A stretch of DNA of 64,000 bases from Stegostoma tigrinum (lineage: Eukaryota). Of this stretch, positions 25,676 to 38,379 are shown in pieces. Under the pieces are notes generated by a model, which saw only the letters and a program-made list of their open reading frames with translations, was not told where the DNA came from and made no database searches. A program made the translations under genes and the position numbers. Position 1 is the stretch's first letter. Every line of letters begins with the position of its first letter. The stretch spans positions 48,932,066 to 48,996,065 of the forward strand of contig NC_081373.1 of NCBI RefSeq assembly GCF_030684315.1, in the 5' to 3' direction.

Positions 25676-25963
25676 AAAATCTCCCCTCCCCCCACTGCAT
25701 CACAAAACCAGCCCAGCTTGTCTCCGCTTCCCTAACCTGTTCTTCCTCTCACCCATCCCTTCCTCCCACCTCAAGCCGCACCTCCATTTCCTACCTACCA
25801 CCTCATCCCACTTCCTTGACCTGTCCATCTTCCCTGGACTGATCTATCCCATCCCTACCTCCCCACCTATACTCTCCTCTCTACCTATCTTCTTTTGTCT
25901 CCTTCTTCGGTCTGCCTCCCCCCCCCCTCCCTAGTTATTCCAGTTCCCTCTCCCCATCCCCCT

Positions 25964-25995
25964 CTCTGATGAAGGGTCTAGGCCCGAAACATCAG
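25964..25995 (+). ncRNA. Hammerhead motif in inverted arm, GTC>ATC change
   Basis: CTGATGAagggtctaggcccGAAACATC; stem III palindrome is broken by a CpG-type transition. Confidence 0.6.
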
Positions 25996-27499
25996 CTTTT
26001 GTGCTCCTGAGATGCTGCTTGACCGGCTGGGTTCATCCAGCCTCACACTTTGTTATCTTGGATTCTATAGCATCTGCAGTTCCCATTATCACTCCTTCAT
26101 GCAGTCCTCATTAATCCTTCAAACCAAAACAGTTTGTCCAACAATGTCCAAAACTGAAAGAGCTAAAAATTAAAATACCCTTTCTGACTTTAAACAGTGG
26201 CAGCCTCAATTGTTGTTGAGGCTTATGGTCACCATCCAAAAGCAAAGGGTTCAACCTCAAGAATCCTTGAATATGTTTCACTGCCTTCATTACCATAAAA
26301 TGTCAGAGTCAGCAGTACCTTTTATCCACCTTCCAGTCTCTGTTTCCACCACAAATTCCTTTTCATACAATCTAGCCAGTAATGGAAAGCCATTTACAAT
26401 CAATACTGCAATCAACTTCACTTATAAATTAGCTATCTGTATGCTATCTGAATACAGATGTGCTTGTGCTTGTCTTTACAATTAGTTAATTAGCAACAGG
26501 TACCTGTACAATTTATTCAGCCTTGTTAGTATCCTAAAGCCAAATCACTTGGAAGTGCATAAGATGAATCTTAATATGTCCTTTGTCAGAGAGATGATGT
26601 TAACATAATGGTCACTTCAGTAGAGATCACCTTCAAAGTATTGTTCTCAGTCTACTAATTAGCACATGCAGAATCCTTTGTCGTGAACAGCATTACTTGC
26701 TACAACTGCAATACAATCTAAATAATTGACGAGGGCCAGTTTATTTTGGTGATTTCCATTAAAATAATTACAGATCAAGGCCACTGAAAGCGCAGGCATT
26801 CTGTCAAACCCAGCTTGTGTTTGCTGCTTATAAAGATAACTTTTTCCTATGCCTATAGATAGATAGATTTAATGATTCACTTTCATGGCATTAAAAAAAT
26901 GGTAGCTGCAAAAAAGCTGCTGATGGGCAATTCGAAATAATCCATAGTTTCTACGGGTCAAATTGAGAGAAGAAGTGAATGGTCTGCTGCAATGAGACAA
27001 TGATTATCTTGCCATTTTATTTTTAAAAACCTTCAAAGCCTGTAGTTTAGCTACATTTACCAGAATAAAAGAAGTGCTGAAGTTATATGTCGTCAAGTAT
27101 TGTTCAGCAGTTAAGATCAGATTCTGGAATTAAATACACTGAGTTATCAACCTCAGTTACACAGATGATATTTGAGAATGTTGGCAAATGGCATCATTTT
27201 CCTGTATTGAAAGACGTTTCTTGTTGTTTACAAATAATTGTTTGGGCATGGAATATTCTTCCGTTTGGGCACTTGAAGTTAAAGTACTTATTTCATGGTT
27301 GTAAGAATAAGCCATCAGTAAAGGTAAGCATCTCCATTCACTTGTGCGTATTATGCTTGGGTCTTTAGTTTCCAGTCTCTCCTCCACAACTGAACAAAAT
27401 TATAACACAAAATGTTTTGCTTTGGCCATTCAATCTTCATAAATCCTTTTCTCTGATCTTTAATCCACACTGACACTGGCACTTCAAAAAATCTGCTCG

Positions 27500-28063
27500 A
27501 GAGCTTTCTTTGGTAGTTTCATTCCAACCATCCCTCACTACCTTTGATCCTTGCAAATAAGAAGCCCATGGTCAGAGAAAAGGTGACATCTTTTATCTGA
27601 TGAAGGCAGGAGTTTAAGGAACACATGTTAAATAATGAGTGACTTGAATTAGCTTCTTGCTTAAGAGTCTCAGGAAGAACATTAAGCGAATAGCATCGTG
27701 TAAATGCACAGATCTCCAGCAAGAATGAAACAGCTTTAACACAACAACAGGTGTGGCCCTTTACTGAGGCTTGGGCATCAGTAACATTGTTGTGGGGATG
27801 AAAGAGCTGAATCTTTCTCTAATATTTACATTAAGAACTTTTCAAATAATTCTCATGTAGTAAAACTTAATGTGTGTTTTTATATTTTGCGTTATAAACT
27901 TTTATGTTCTTTTGTCAAAAACACCTCGGCAACATCTTGTGTGAATACGTTCAGCGACTTACCACCATGGTAAGCAAGAAAAAAAATGAAACTCTGAGAC
28001 CATCAAGCCAGGCCTCATTCTAGGATGTGATTTTCTCAGTACTACCAATAGCAGGGATCACAA
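27500..28063 (+). mobile_element. Probable solo LTR
   Basis: T-rich U3/R-like body with tataaa..., ending gggatcacaaca. 5' boundary unclear. Confidence 0.35.
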
Positions 28064-28214
28064 CACTCATTCTACTGGTCCATGATCTACTTCTGAAATC
28101 TTTCCCAAACCAGGACCTGATACTTTTAAACTAGTCATATTCTCTTGTAAAGTTACTTTGTCAAATCAACAGTTTATTTGCATCATGGCCATTCTCTCCA
28201 AGGTATTTTTTTTA

Positions 28215-28460
28215 AAAAAGAGCTGAGGATGAAATAGTTCTCTCAAACAGTTGTGAATCTGAGGAACTGATTGTCCCAGAGTGTGAAGGATGCCATGATA
28301 CCAAATAACTTTAAGCAAAGATAGGTTTTTAACTCATAATGGGTTGAAGGGTTATGGGTAGCGGGCAGGAAAGCAGAGTTGAGGCCGAGATGAAATAAAT
28401 TGATCACATAAAACGGCAGAGCAGGCTTGAGGGATTGAATTGTTTACTCCTGCTTCTCTT
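28215..28460 (+). mobile_element. CR1 3' tail, degenerate
   Basis: ttctctcaaacagttgtgaatctg...gcaggcttgagggattgaattgtttactcctgct. Confidence 0.65.
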
Positions 28461-28464
28461 TCTT

Positions 28465-29170
28465 GTTTTTTTTCTTTCCTCAAGAGGCAACTTTGTTGAG
28501 CAAAATGTCAAAACATGATCTAGCATGCCAGCTTCTTGTCTGGAATCTGACATGTCCAGTAATACTACCAGCTGTGATCATAGCAGTAAAGGCACTGAAC
28601 ATCAAAGGGCAATGGTTAGATTTTCCCTTGCTGGAAATGGTCACTGCCTGGCATTTCTGTGTGAGAAAGTTATTTGACACTTACCAGCTTTTCCCTGAAT
28701 GCTGGAGAAACTCAGTAAGTCTGGCAGCATCTGCCAAAAGAGAGCCACACTACACTTAAAAACCTACTTTTGTTTCTTTCTCCACAGATTCTGCCAGACC
28801 TATTGAGTTTCTCCAACACTTTGTTTTTATTTCAGATTTCCAGTAAGCACAATATAGCACTTTTACTGACCTGGACATTGTCCAGGTCCTGAGGAGCATG
28901 GGCAAATTTAGCTTTAGTATCTAAGAAGTTGTGAATTGTACTTAACACATTGCATGTCACAATCACATCCCCACTTTTGATCTTATGACAGAGATGTGAA
29001 GCTGAAGATAGTTGGGCCTAGGACACCATCTTGAGAAAGTACTGCAGTGATGGGCATGGGCTGAGATAAATGGCCTTCCACCATCTGATTTGTGAAAAAG
29101 TATAATCACTTGTTACTTTTCTCCCTGATTACCATTGTTAGATTTCAGCTCATTGCCACACTTGTGTAAT
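28465..29170 (-). mobile_element. L2/CR1-clade LINE RT fragment interrupted by a PLE fold-back
   Basis: gttgggcctaggacaccatcttgagaa (reverse SQDGVLGPT, GVPQGSVLGP-like) at ~29011-29037; related to the family at 59335-60066. Confidence 0.6.
28698..28860. mobile_element. PLE family 2 fold-back remnant
   Basis: tgctggagaaactcagtaagtctggcagcatctg is inverted with cagattctgccagacctattgagtttctccaaca. Confidence 0.7.
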
Positions 29171-29406
29171 GAACAGGGCTTAAATGATTAAATTGTATCA
29201 AAGATAAGCTTGATAATTGGAAGTCTTCAGGAGATAACCCAAGAATTTTAGCAAATGTAAGAGTTAGTCTTAAAATTGTCATCTCCATAAATGCTAAAAA
29301 CTTTGTGCTTTAAGAAAGAACACGTGGGTCCTTTTTGGCAGTGAATGGAAGTTACAGTTTGAACACATTTACATGTTTGGCCTCCAGCAAGTCTAGTTTA
29401 GCAGTA

Positions 29407-30118
29407 GTAAAATAGAATAGAATACCAACTTATTGTCACTTATGTTTTTGAAAATACAGTGAGATGTGTATAAGTCATCACATTTCAGCACCATTTTAAT
29501 GGCAGAAATTATAAAAAGAAATAACTGAGACAAAGACAGGACAAATTTCATCTTTTGTTCTCTCTGCAGCTCCTGGATTTCTGGAGTGGCCACAGGTATC
29601 GCCACCAAAACTGCCCCAAAGCAAGGATTTCTGGACCGGACCCACCACCCTGTCACCGCCAAATCCACTGCATCACCGCCATAGCAAGGATGCACAGACT
29701 GGGCCTGCCAAGTCATCGTCACTAAAGCTGTCACACATCAGTCACTGCCTGAAGCTGCACATTGTCACCCATATCCATGATGAATGAACCAGAACCAATT
29801 ATTGCCGGCACTAATGCCGCTACCAGGTGGAACGGACCAGACCCATCAATAATGAAGCCTTTGATAAAGCTGCAGTCACCATGGCCACAAGGAACAGACA
29901 TCTGGACCACTGTGCTGCCTCCAAAGGCCCTCACAATTGCCTTCCTCCACCACAGCCACAGGAAAGAATACAAGGTAAACTTTGATGTAAAAGAGAAATT
30001 AAGAAATGAAGACACAAATCCAAATATAAAATAAAGAATAAAGAAGAATGCAACCGACCACGTGAGCAGAAGCACAGAGCCCGTACACTTTTTATCCAGC
30101 TGCCGCCGTCATCTTGAA
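29407..30118 (-). mobile_element. Non-autonomous LINE-dependent element (CAAGATG(G/A)CG head, (TTCTA)n tail)
   Basis: Minus strand starts caagatgacggcggc, has a GC-rich low-complexity body, and ends cactgtatttt...gacaataa...ttctattctatt. No RT. Confidence 0.45.
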
Positions 30119-30719
30119 TAATTAATAAAAAGAAGCCAAATGTGCAAGGCTGATTGGGGCCTCTTGGGTGCCAAGGACTATATCTTCCAACATGTCCATG
30201 TTAAGCAATACAAATTAAGATTGGGTTATGGGGAGATGCTATAACGGCTCTTCCCATTGAAGAAGAAATACAAGTATTGCATTAGAAGTCATTAGTTGTG
30301 TGTATCCAGGTGCACGTGACTACGTTAAATACTGCAAAGTTATCTGAAGAAAAAGTATGAAAATAGGGTTGGTTCTTCATTCCAGCAGTTAGCATTTGAC
30401 ATGGAACACTCACTAGTTGCAGTTTTTTTTCTGGAGAGACAGTTAGGAATAGAATGCTTGCTAGGCAATTAACATTTTTTGAGGGAGTTATGTAAACTAC
30501 CGAGTATCAGGCTTATTTAGTTAACAAGAGTATCTGTCACAGGGCTGAGGACTGATAGAACAATCCAGTAGTTGTGATGAATGGATAGGTATGTAATGAG
30601 TGCCAGGGCTAATGTAATTGCTGTCAGAGACAGTGGGCAGAATAACAAGAAAATACAGGTTTACATATCTAGGGAAAGGTGCAGTGTTTGTTAGGAGGCC
30701 ATTTTCAACAATGAGAAAG

Positions 30720-31470
30720 TGCGACAGCAAGTACACGGGAGTGAGAATGAATGTAGATTGGACAAATCAAATTAGTAACAATTCCACTGATGAGGAATTC
30801 CTGGAGTGTGCACAAGATGTTTTCTGCATCAATATGTTGAGAAACCAACTCGAGATGAGGCGATACCAGAATGGGTATTGTGTAATGAAAAAGGAGTAAT
30901 TGACAATCTAGGTGTGCGAGCAGCTTTGTGGAAGCCCATAATGTGATAAAATGTTTCATTATGGTGGAGAGTGATGTAGTTGATTCTGAGACTATGGTCC
31001 TGAATCTAAATTAATAAAAATGCAATGGTATGAGGCACGAACTGACTTTGATGAATTGGGCAATATTATTTAAGGGGATAATAGTGGATAGTTAATTAAA
31101 TACTTAAAGTCTGCTTGGAGGAACTGCAGCAGTTGTTTATTTCTGTCTGACACTGAAACAAAAAAGGGAAAAGGTGGCCAACCATAGCTAACAAGTAAAA
31201 TTAGGGATAGTATTACACCTTAGGAAGGGGATTACAAATTGGCCAAAGAAAGCAGCAGACTTGAGGATTGGGAACAGTTTAAATTTTAGCAAAGGCAGTG
31301 AAAGGGTTCATTTAAAGCAGGGAAAACAGAGTATGAGAGTAGACTTGTGGTGAACATCCTGAAAACATGTTGTAAACATTTCTGTTGCTATGTAAAGAGA
31401 AAAAGAATAATTAAGGCAAATATTGGTCCCTTACAGTCAGAAACAAGGAAAATATAATAGGGAACATTAT
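30720..31470 (+). mobile_element. CR1 ORF2 internal fragment (APE C-terminus/linker)
   Basis: VDWTNQISNNSTDEEFLEC..D, degenerate, with stops and frameshifts. Confidence 0.75.
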
Positions 31471-31859
31471 AGGGTCATTTCCCTTTATGGGACAGATTGG
31501 AATGAATCAACACAAAATAAGAATAAGATGGAGATAAGGGGGAATTTATTTCTCTAAAAAAGTCAGTATCGCTTTCTCCCCAAGAGAGTGACAGAGGATG
31601 AGTTGTTAAGTACTTTTATTTTTCTAAATTCATTTATACATAAACCTAACGATCTGTTGAGATCCTCACATCCACCTAAATTACCTACAAGAGATTCCAT
31701 ATGCTCTCAGTTCTTTACTGTTGCTTTCTGTTAGTCTTGCACTAATGGCCCAGCACTCACCCTCACAAAGTTCTGCAAAACTATTGTTCTCATGTTTGCC
31801 CAGATTCAATAGTTATTTGGCTAACAGAATTCACTTCAAGATCCCGTATCAAAGGCCAG

Positions 31860-32090
31860 TTCTCACTGTTAGAAAAGAAGGGCTACCCATTTAAGACAGA
31901 GATGAGAAGACTTTACTATCCCTCTCACAAAACGATTATGGGCTCTCCATCTCAAAGACAGAGGATGATGAGACTTTTACGGTGGAGTTAAATCGATTCT
32001 AGGTAAACAAAAAGGATTAATTATTATCAGGAGTAGACAGAATGGTGGGACACATTTGAGGATCCTAGTGGGTCCTGTTCCTGACTCATG
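31860..32090 (+). mobile_element. CR1 3' tail, degenerate
   Basis: ccatttaagacagagatgagaag...gggtcctgttcctgactc. Confidence 0.55.
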
Positions 32091-32394
32091 TTTACATCCA
32101 CACTCTCAAGTGCCTCATATCCTTATTGCACCTGAATGTTTTGATAAACATTCCCAGACATACATTCCAGCCCATGGTTCCAATTGGATCGCCGCTCCTC
32201 ATCTATTTACTACTTTTGTAGGGATATGACTCAACCAATAAAATTTTGACTATAATGAGTTTTCAAATCTACTCTCTCCAGAAATCAAAATTGACTAGAA
32301 TTTATTCTCATGTTGTTGCAATGATGGTAGGCTACTACATAATAATTAAAAAACTGTGACAACACTGTATCATGTGCATGTATTGTATTGGACT

Positions 32395-32820
32395 GGGGAA
32401 GACATGGTCAGAAGTCATACGACACCAGGTTATAGTCCGACAGGTTTATTTGAAATCACAAACTTTCAGAGCCTTATTCCTTCTTGAGGTGTCAGTGAGA
32501 GAGGTAGTATAAGACATAGAATGTGGTGAGGATGCATTAAACAAACCAAAGATGCTGTTAAATCTTTAATAAGTTAGAAGGTTTTAATTGATTAATATGT
32601 ATATGTAAATCCCCGATTTCCTTTTAAGTCATTGTCCTGAGAAAATTAAAGGTTTTATCAGTGTAAAGAAGAGGTGACATTTTAGGTTAAACAATGCATG
32701 TTAGGTGTGAAGCCTTGTTTAGAATCTGTTTGTTAGTTTGGAGTCAGCCTGGTTTTATTTCTAATTAAAGTGTCACCTCTTCTTTATACTGATAACCTGG
32801 TGTCGTGTGATTTCTAATCT
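32395..32820 (-). mobile_element. PLE terminal remnant, family 3, with short inverted arm
   Basis: Reverse 32457-32491: CAC CTCAAGA aggaataaggctct GAAAG TTT GTG (decayed HHR). 32770-32820 is inverted relative to 32655-32680 and 32408-32433. Confidence 0.7.
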
Positions 32821-33312
32821 TATGTATGTAGTTTGACTTTGTTGTTTAAATTATGCTGTCAAGCTCTGAAAGGAGATATCTGTGTAACAAACACACTAAT
32901 TAGGAGATCAGATGTAGAAGACAATTTTCTAATTAACATGTAGAAAAGTACATAAACCATGATTCAGACACTCTGACCTCTGAACCCAAATTAAATGCGC
33001 ACACTCTTCCATGCACATCTTTCAAGTACCCAGAACTGGGAACCATAATTTCAAATGGGGTTGAACGGTTTTTCATAAGTTTAGCAAAAACTTATTGTGT
33101 TTTAGACGCTACACTTCTAGATTTGCTCAAGTTACATTTTTCAATTACGCACTCCTTGGTCATTTGTGTTATGCAACCAACTCTATTTTTTTGAACCTGA
33201 CCTTATGCAATATCTTCACAACAACATCCAAGAGACTTGAATCTCACAACCACCACAAATAATAATACCATGTACAAACAAGAATAGCTTAAAATAAAAA
33301 TGATAATTATAC

Positions 33313-33694
33313 AGCTTACTGAGGTGTATAAAATCGTGAGGAGCATAAAAAGGACGTATGCATATAGTCTTTTTCCCAGGGATGGGGAATTGAAAACTAG
33401 AGGGCATAGGTTTAAGGTGAGAGGGCAAAGATTAAAGAAGGACCTGCAGGACAACTTCTTCGTGCAGAGGGCGGTACATATATGGAATAGGCTGCTGGAC
33501 AAAGTGGTTGAGGCAGGCACATTAGCAACATTTAAAAAAATTTGGATAGGTACATGGGTGAGAAGGATTCAGAGGGGTATGGACCAAATGCAGGCAATTG
33601 GAAATAGCTGAGTGGGCACCACGGTCAACATGGACCAGTTTGGGCCAAAGGGCTCGTTTCCATGCTCTATTACTCTATGTCTAAATGACTCTAT
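33313..33694 (+). mobile_element. CR1 LINE 3' end
   Basis: LTEVYKIVR..LFPRDGELKTRGHRFKV..FFVQRAVHIWN. Confidence 0.9.
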
Positions 33695-34627
33695 AATTTT
33701 GTGGTCGTATGACACTTGGTTTCATTTCCAGGTTTAAAAATAGCAAAAACAAACTTTTCCGGTAAATTAACACCTTCCCATTTACCTGCAATGACGTTTT
33801 CTGCACGCAAATAGGCTTTGATACGTGAACAAAATTCACTTCGCAGCCGAATGATATATAATCTTGTTTGAACTGAATTGAAACATACTTACAAATAGCC
33901 AGCATGGAGCAAATTATGGGACAGCAATATCAGCAGATGCTAGAATAAAGTCGCAAGTTTTTTTTCTTTTCGGGGCTCCATTTTTTCTGTATCAGTAACT
34001 GATTCATTCGGCACAACAATGAGACAGTACCATTAATTTTTACAATTGTATTGATGTTTGTAGCATTTGAACACTCAGATGCAAATTAGAAGATTCAGTA
34101 TTATCCTAATTAATCCCTACCCCGCCGTTAAATTTAAACCACATGACACAAGAAAATCATCATTCATTTCCTACACTTCGCATTATTTACATTGACACAA
34201 GAAAGCACACATATATTAGTTAAAGTTTTTTTCTAATAATTGACACAAATTTTGACATACAAAGAAATCCACTATCCTAAACATAACTTTCACAAACTGG
34301 TGAGGCCACAGCTAACATGTCTACATCATGTATTCAGAAAAACTAGAAGATTTCAGCCTGGCAGTTCCTCACTTCTTATTACACCCCTGATCTCAGTCTC
34401 AGATTTAAATGTGACATTTTTTTGCAGTGTCCTCTATGATAGTATCCACTGCATTTTATCCAGATAGTAGCTCCTGAACATACACAGCCCTTAGCTAAAT
34501 ATTCCATATTCATTTACAAGTAATTGCTTTTCTCAGTAATTTCAAATATTCCTTGCTTTCAGTAACCTGAATATTAACTTTCTTTACAGATTTCAACTGT
34601 TCTTTTTTTTTGTATAATACCAAAGTA

Positions 34628-34805
34628 ATGCAGATGTTCTGTGATCTAACTTAAACACATTAAGTGCTGGCGAACTCGACACATCCACCAGTATCTGTGA
34701 ATAGAAATTATTTGAAGTCTGATATGACTTCCTTGGATCGACAATTCCAAAAAGAAATTGTATTGAACTCAAAAAGCTAAAGTTTTTTTTCTCTCCCCAA
34801 GCTCT
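34628..34805. mobile_element. PLE family 2 fold-back remnant, very degenerate
   Basis: tgcagatgtt...gtgctggcgaactc...atctgtgaatagaaa, followed by the inverted ..ttctctccccaagctctgc. Confidence 0.45.
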
Positions 34806-35059
34806 GCAGCCTCCTTCTCTCCACCCCTATTGTCACATACCTCCAGCTCTCTCTCCCACTTTCTTGCAGCTTCCAGTTCTTTCCTGCCCTTTTGAAGTCT
34901 CCGAATCTCTCACAGCTTCCTTGAAGCTTTCCTCTCTATCACATCCACCTTGCAGAGGGAAGTTGAGGAAAATTTATTTTGTGCAGAGGGTGCTGGGAGT
35001 CTAGGCCTCTATGCCTGAAAGAGAGGTGGAGTCTCTCAGTATCCGTCAAAGGAAAAGCG

Positions 35060-36640
35060 CTAAAAGGGTACTATTAAAGACAGTTGAGCAGGACAAACAG
35101 AAAAAATCAAGTTCATCAGGCAGAGTCAACCTGATTTTGTGACAAGGAAATTATGTTTAACCAATTTATTAGCGTTCTTTGAGGAAGTTACATGCATGAT
35201 GGATGTACTATACTTTGATTTCTAGAAATCATTTATACATTCTATTCAATTTGTCACAGAAAATAAGGACCCATAGTATAGGGAGAAACATATTAGCATG
35301 GATGGAAGATTAGCTAGCTAACAGGAAACAGAGTAGCTATTAATGGTTAAGTTTCTGGTTGGCAAAATGTAACAAATTATGTGCCAAAGGAATCAGTGTT
35401 AGGGCGTCAATATTTCACCATTCATATTAAGAACTTTAATAAAGGAACCCAAAGTATAGTTGCTAAACTGCTAATGGCACAAAGATAAGTAGGACATATG
35501 GAAAATACAAAGGGGGTGATAAAGATAGATTAGCTGACTGGGAAAATATCTGCAAATGGAGAATAACGTTTGTAAATATTAAACTGTCAACTGTGATAGG
35601 AGGAATAAAAATGAAACATATTATCTAAATGGTGAGACATTGTCAAACCCTGAGTTGCAGAAAGATCTGGATATACGAGTGCTTGAATCACTGAAGGTTA
35701 GTTTATATTTTTCCAAGTAATTCACAAAGTGAAGAGAATTGTATCATTTGTTGTAAAGGGGCTTAGACAGGAGATTGGTGAGCCCACAGTTAGACAACCA
35801 TTTATGATATTGGTCTCCTTATTTAAGGAAGAATGTTAATACTTTGGAAGTGGTTCAGAGAGGTTTAACTAGACAAATATGAACTTAAAAAATATGCAAA
35901 ATAAGAACAGAAGCAGATATTTTGGTCTCTTAAGCCTGCTGTGTCATTCAATAAGATTATGGTTGACCCATGATAGACTTGGATCAACTGCCTATCAATC
36001 ATCAATCCACATGTACCTTAAAAACATTCAATGTCCCCTCCCCTGCAGCTTTCTGAGGCACAGAGTTCCAAAGTCATACAATCTCTTAGAGAAAAAGGAC
36101 TCTTCTTGACTCTGTCCTGAAAGGCCAATGTTGAACTTTAAAACAGTGTTCCATAGCTCTGGACTGACTCACAGAAGAATACACATCCTACCAGCCACCT
36201 GAAATGTGTAATTATCTTAGGAGGAAAGGTTGAACAGACAAGGCTTTGATCTGCTCGAGCTTAGTAGAATAAAAGGTGACTTAATTGAAACATAATAGAT
36301 CCGGAGAGTTCTTCACAGGGTGCATGTGGAAATGATATTTCTCTTGTCAGAGAATCTACATCAAGGAATCTCTACATAAAAGTAAAGGGTTACTCATTTA
36401 ACATACAGGTAGGATGATTTTTCTTCCCCTATTTGGAACTCTCTTCACGAAAAGGTGTTGGAAGCACACCCCTTGAATTTTTTTTAAGGGACAGGTAGGT
36501 GTCTTCTTGATAAATAAGGAAGTGAAAGGTTATGTTGGGGGTGGGGTAAATGGAATGTAGAGTTATCAAAATCATCAAAGTTTTATTGAATGGTGGAGCA
36601 GGCTCAAGGGGCTGAGTGGCCTTCTCCTGTTCCTGATTTG
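35060..36640 (+). mobile_element. CR1 RT domain to 3' tail, degenerate, with antisense CR1 tail nested at ~35885-36200
   Basis: LTNLLAFFEEVT, VPKESVLG (GVPQGSVLGP-like) and AK.ANGTK (KFADDTK-like) remnants; tail gcaggctcaaggggctgagtggccttctcctgttcct. Confidence 0.8.
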
Positions 36641-37096
36641 TTACGTCATTTGTAGAATGGAATCCAAACAGTTTCTATTTGATCACCATTTCAAAAACAA
36701 AATCAGCGGGAGAAGTCTGTAAATTGATTTTGCTGACTGTCTCTCTTGGGAGCAGTAGCCAGTATCTCATTATTCCTGATTGACTGAGATGTATTCAGAA
36801 AGCCATTGATCTTGAAGGTTAAATTGCAGTTCTTTTATGAAGTATCTGCCATCTGGCAAGGCATCTCCAGCTGCCTGTTGCAGCCAATCATATGAAATCC
36901 TGAATCCCACTGACAGTAAACTAAATAATACTGAAATTTTCTAGTGGTAATAAGATGAAAATCTATATTGAAGCTACTCACCCTTCTGAAGGAGAAATCC
37001 CATGGAAATTATGTTGTGATTGAGGAGAAAACCTGGCTTGCCAAGAAAGTCACTTCCTGCTCTACTGTTGCCTTTGCAAGATTCTGGAGATGGACA

Positions 37097-37445
37097 ATGA
37101 GGGGCATGGATAGGGTGAAATAACCAAGGTCTTCACCCCAGGGTAGGGAAGTCCAAAGCTAGAGGCATAGGTATACGTTGAGAGGGTAAAGACATAAAAG
37201 GGGCCTAAGGGGCAACTTTTTCACATAGAAGGCGGTGCATGTATGGACTAAGTTACTATACAAAGTGGTGGAGGCGGGTACAACTACAACATTTAAAAGC
37301 ATCTAGATGAGTATATGAATAGGAATGTTTCAGAGTGATATGGGCCAAATGCTGGCAAATGGCAGTAGTTCACTTTGGGATATCATATTGGCATGGATGA
37401 GTTGGACCAAACAGTCTGTTTCCATGCTGTATGGCTATGACTCTA
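37097..37445 (+). mobile_element. CR1 LINE 3' end
   Basis: atgaggggcatggataggg...tctgtttccatgctgtatggctatgactct. Confidence 0.9.
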
Positions 37446-38216
37446 GGACAGATGAGGTTAGAGGTTTTTTTTGACTTATTATTATGATCTGACAATAGGT
37501 TCGGAAAATTCTGCTTTGAAAAGCTTTTAAATCAGATATGTTTTTATGCCCGACACATCTCAAAGCTGGAAAGCCACAGTGCCCTGTTCCAGGCCATTTA
37601 TATGGCCTAGTGACAAACTCAGTAATTGTGGAAGGTGCAGGAAACTCAAACACAGTCACAGGCTGCATTCTAGACTTGAGAGATTTGGGTTCCTCGCTGT
37701 CAATAAATACTTGCAGCCAGATGGTCCCAGTTTAAACTGAGTGCTCTTGGAGATTATTCTGAATTGTCGAAAATATGCTCACCTCTCTAACATCCCCAAG
37801 ACATCCCTGGTAACAGTCCAAAGTACTGTGTTTTTCTTGTACCATTTCATTGGGATATCTAGTTCACATTGGAACTTAAAATGAAACAGCTGGTCAAAAT
37901 TATAATATAATGGAATATGTAAATAAAAATGCTACTTTGATATCAGCAAAGCAAAAGAACACATCCGAGAGACAGCTGTAACTGAGCTTGAGTAAAATAT
38001 TAGCCGAGAGAGCTATATTAATTGACCTATATCTAACTGTGAATATAGTGTTACAGTATTGAAACGTGAAAGGAATGCTCCAGGCAGAACAGTGGCAGGG
38101 AGTAAAAAGAGTGCAGCTTTAAACAGTGTATGTGTGCACAGAGATATAATGCCTAGAGATATGAAAGAAGGTCCAGTGGGTTTGTAAAGCATGCTAACTG
38201 TGACGTTAGCATGTTA

Positions 38217-38322
38217 GATATTTTTAATTAACCCATTCAGACATGTTATGAGACTTCTCCACAGCAGGTGGGGACTGGAAACCCGGCCTTCTTGCTCAGT
38301 GGTGGGGACACTGCACATGTAT
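38217..38322 (-). mobile_element. Short tRNA-derived SINE (same family as 1966-2201)
   Basis: Homologous body; probable TSD gttagcatgtta (38205-38216) / gttagtatgtta (38323-38334). Confidence 0.7.
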
Positions 38323-38379
38323 GTTAGTATGTTATAATGGGTTTCATTAGTTGCAACTAAGGGCATCCTGGGGCATGTA

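Larger units (their letters stand above)
24944..26089 (-). mobile_element. 5'-truncated Penelope-like element (Neptune-type GIY-YIG) with ~400-bp inverted arm and TSD
   Basis: Minus-strand CTSANVVYCIHCTRCGFLYIGETKRRLGDRFAEH, then a frameshift to RRLQEQRLIFRLGTLQPNGIN. The right arm 25676-26089 is the reverse complement of ~24944-25350. TSD cacttcttcattcagt (24928-24943) / cactccttcatgcagt (26090-26105). Confidence 0.92.

Noticed and set aside
25186-25842. 218-aa plus-strand ORF as a novel gene
   Set aside because: It is antisense to the PLE endonuclease and runs across the inversion junction into low-complexity sequence.
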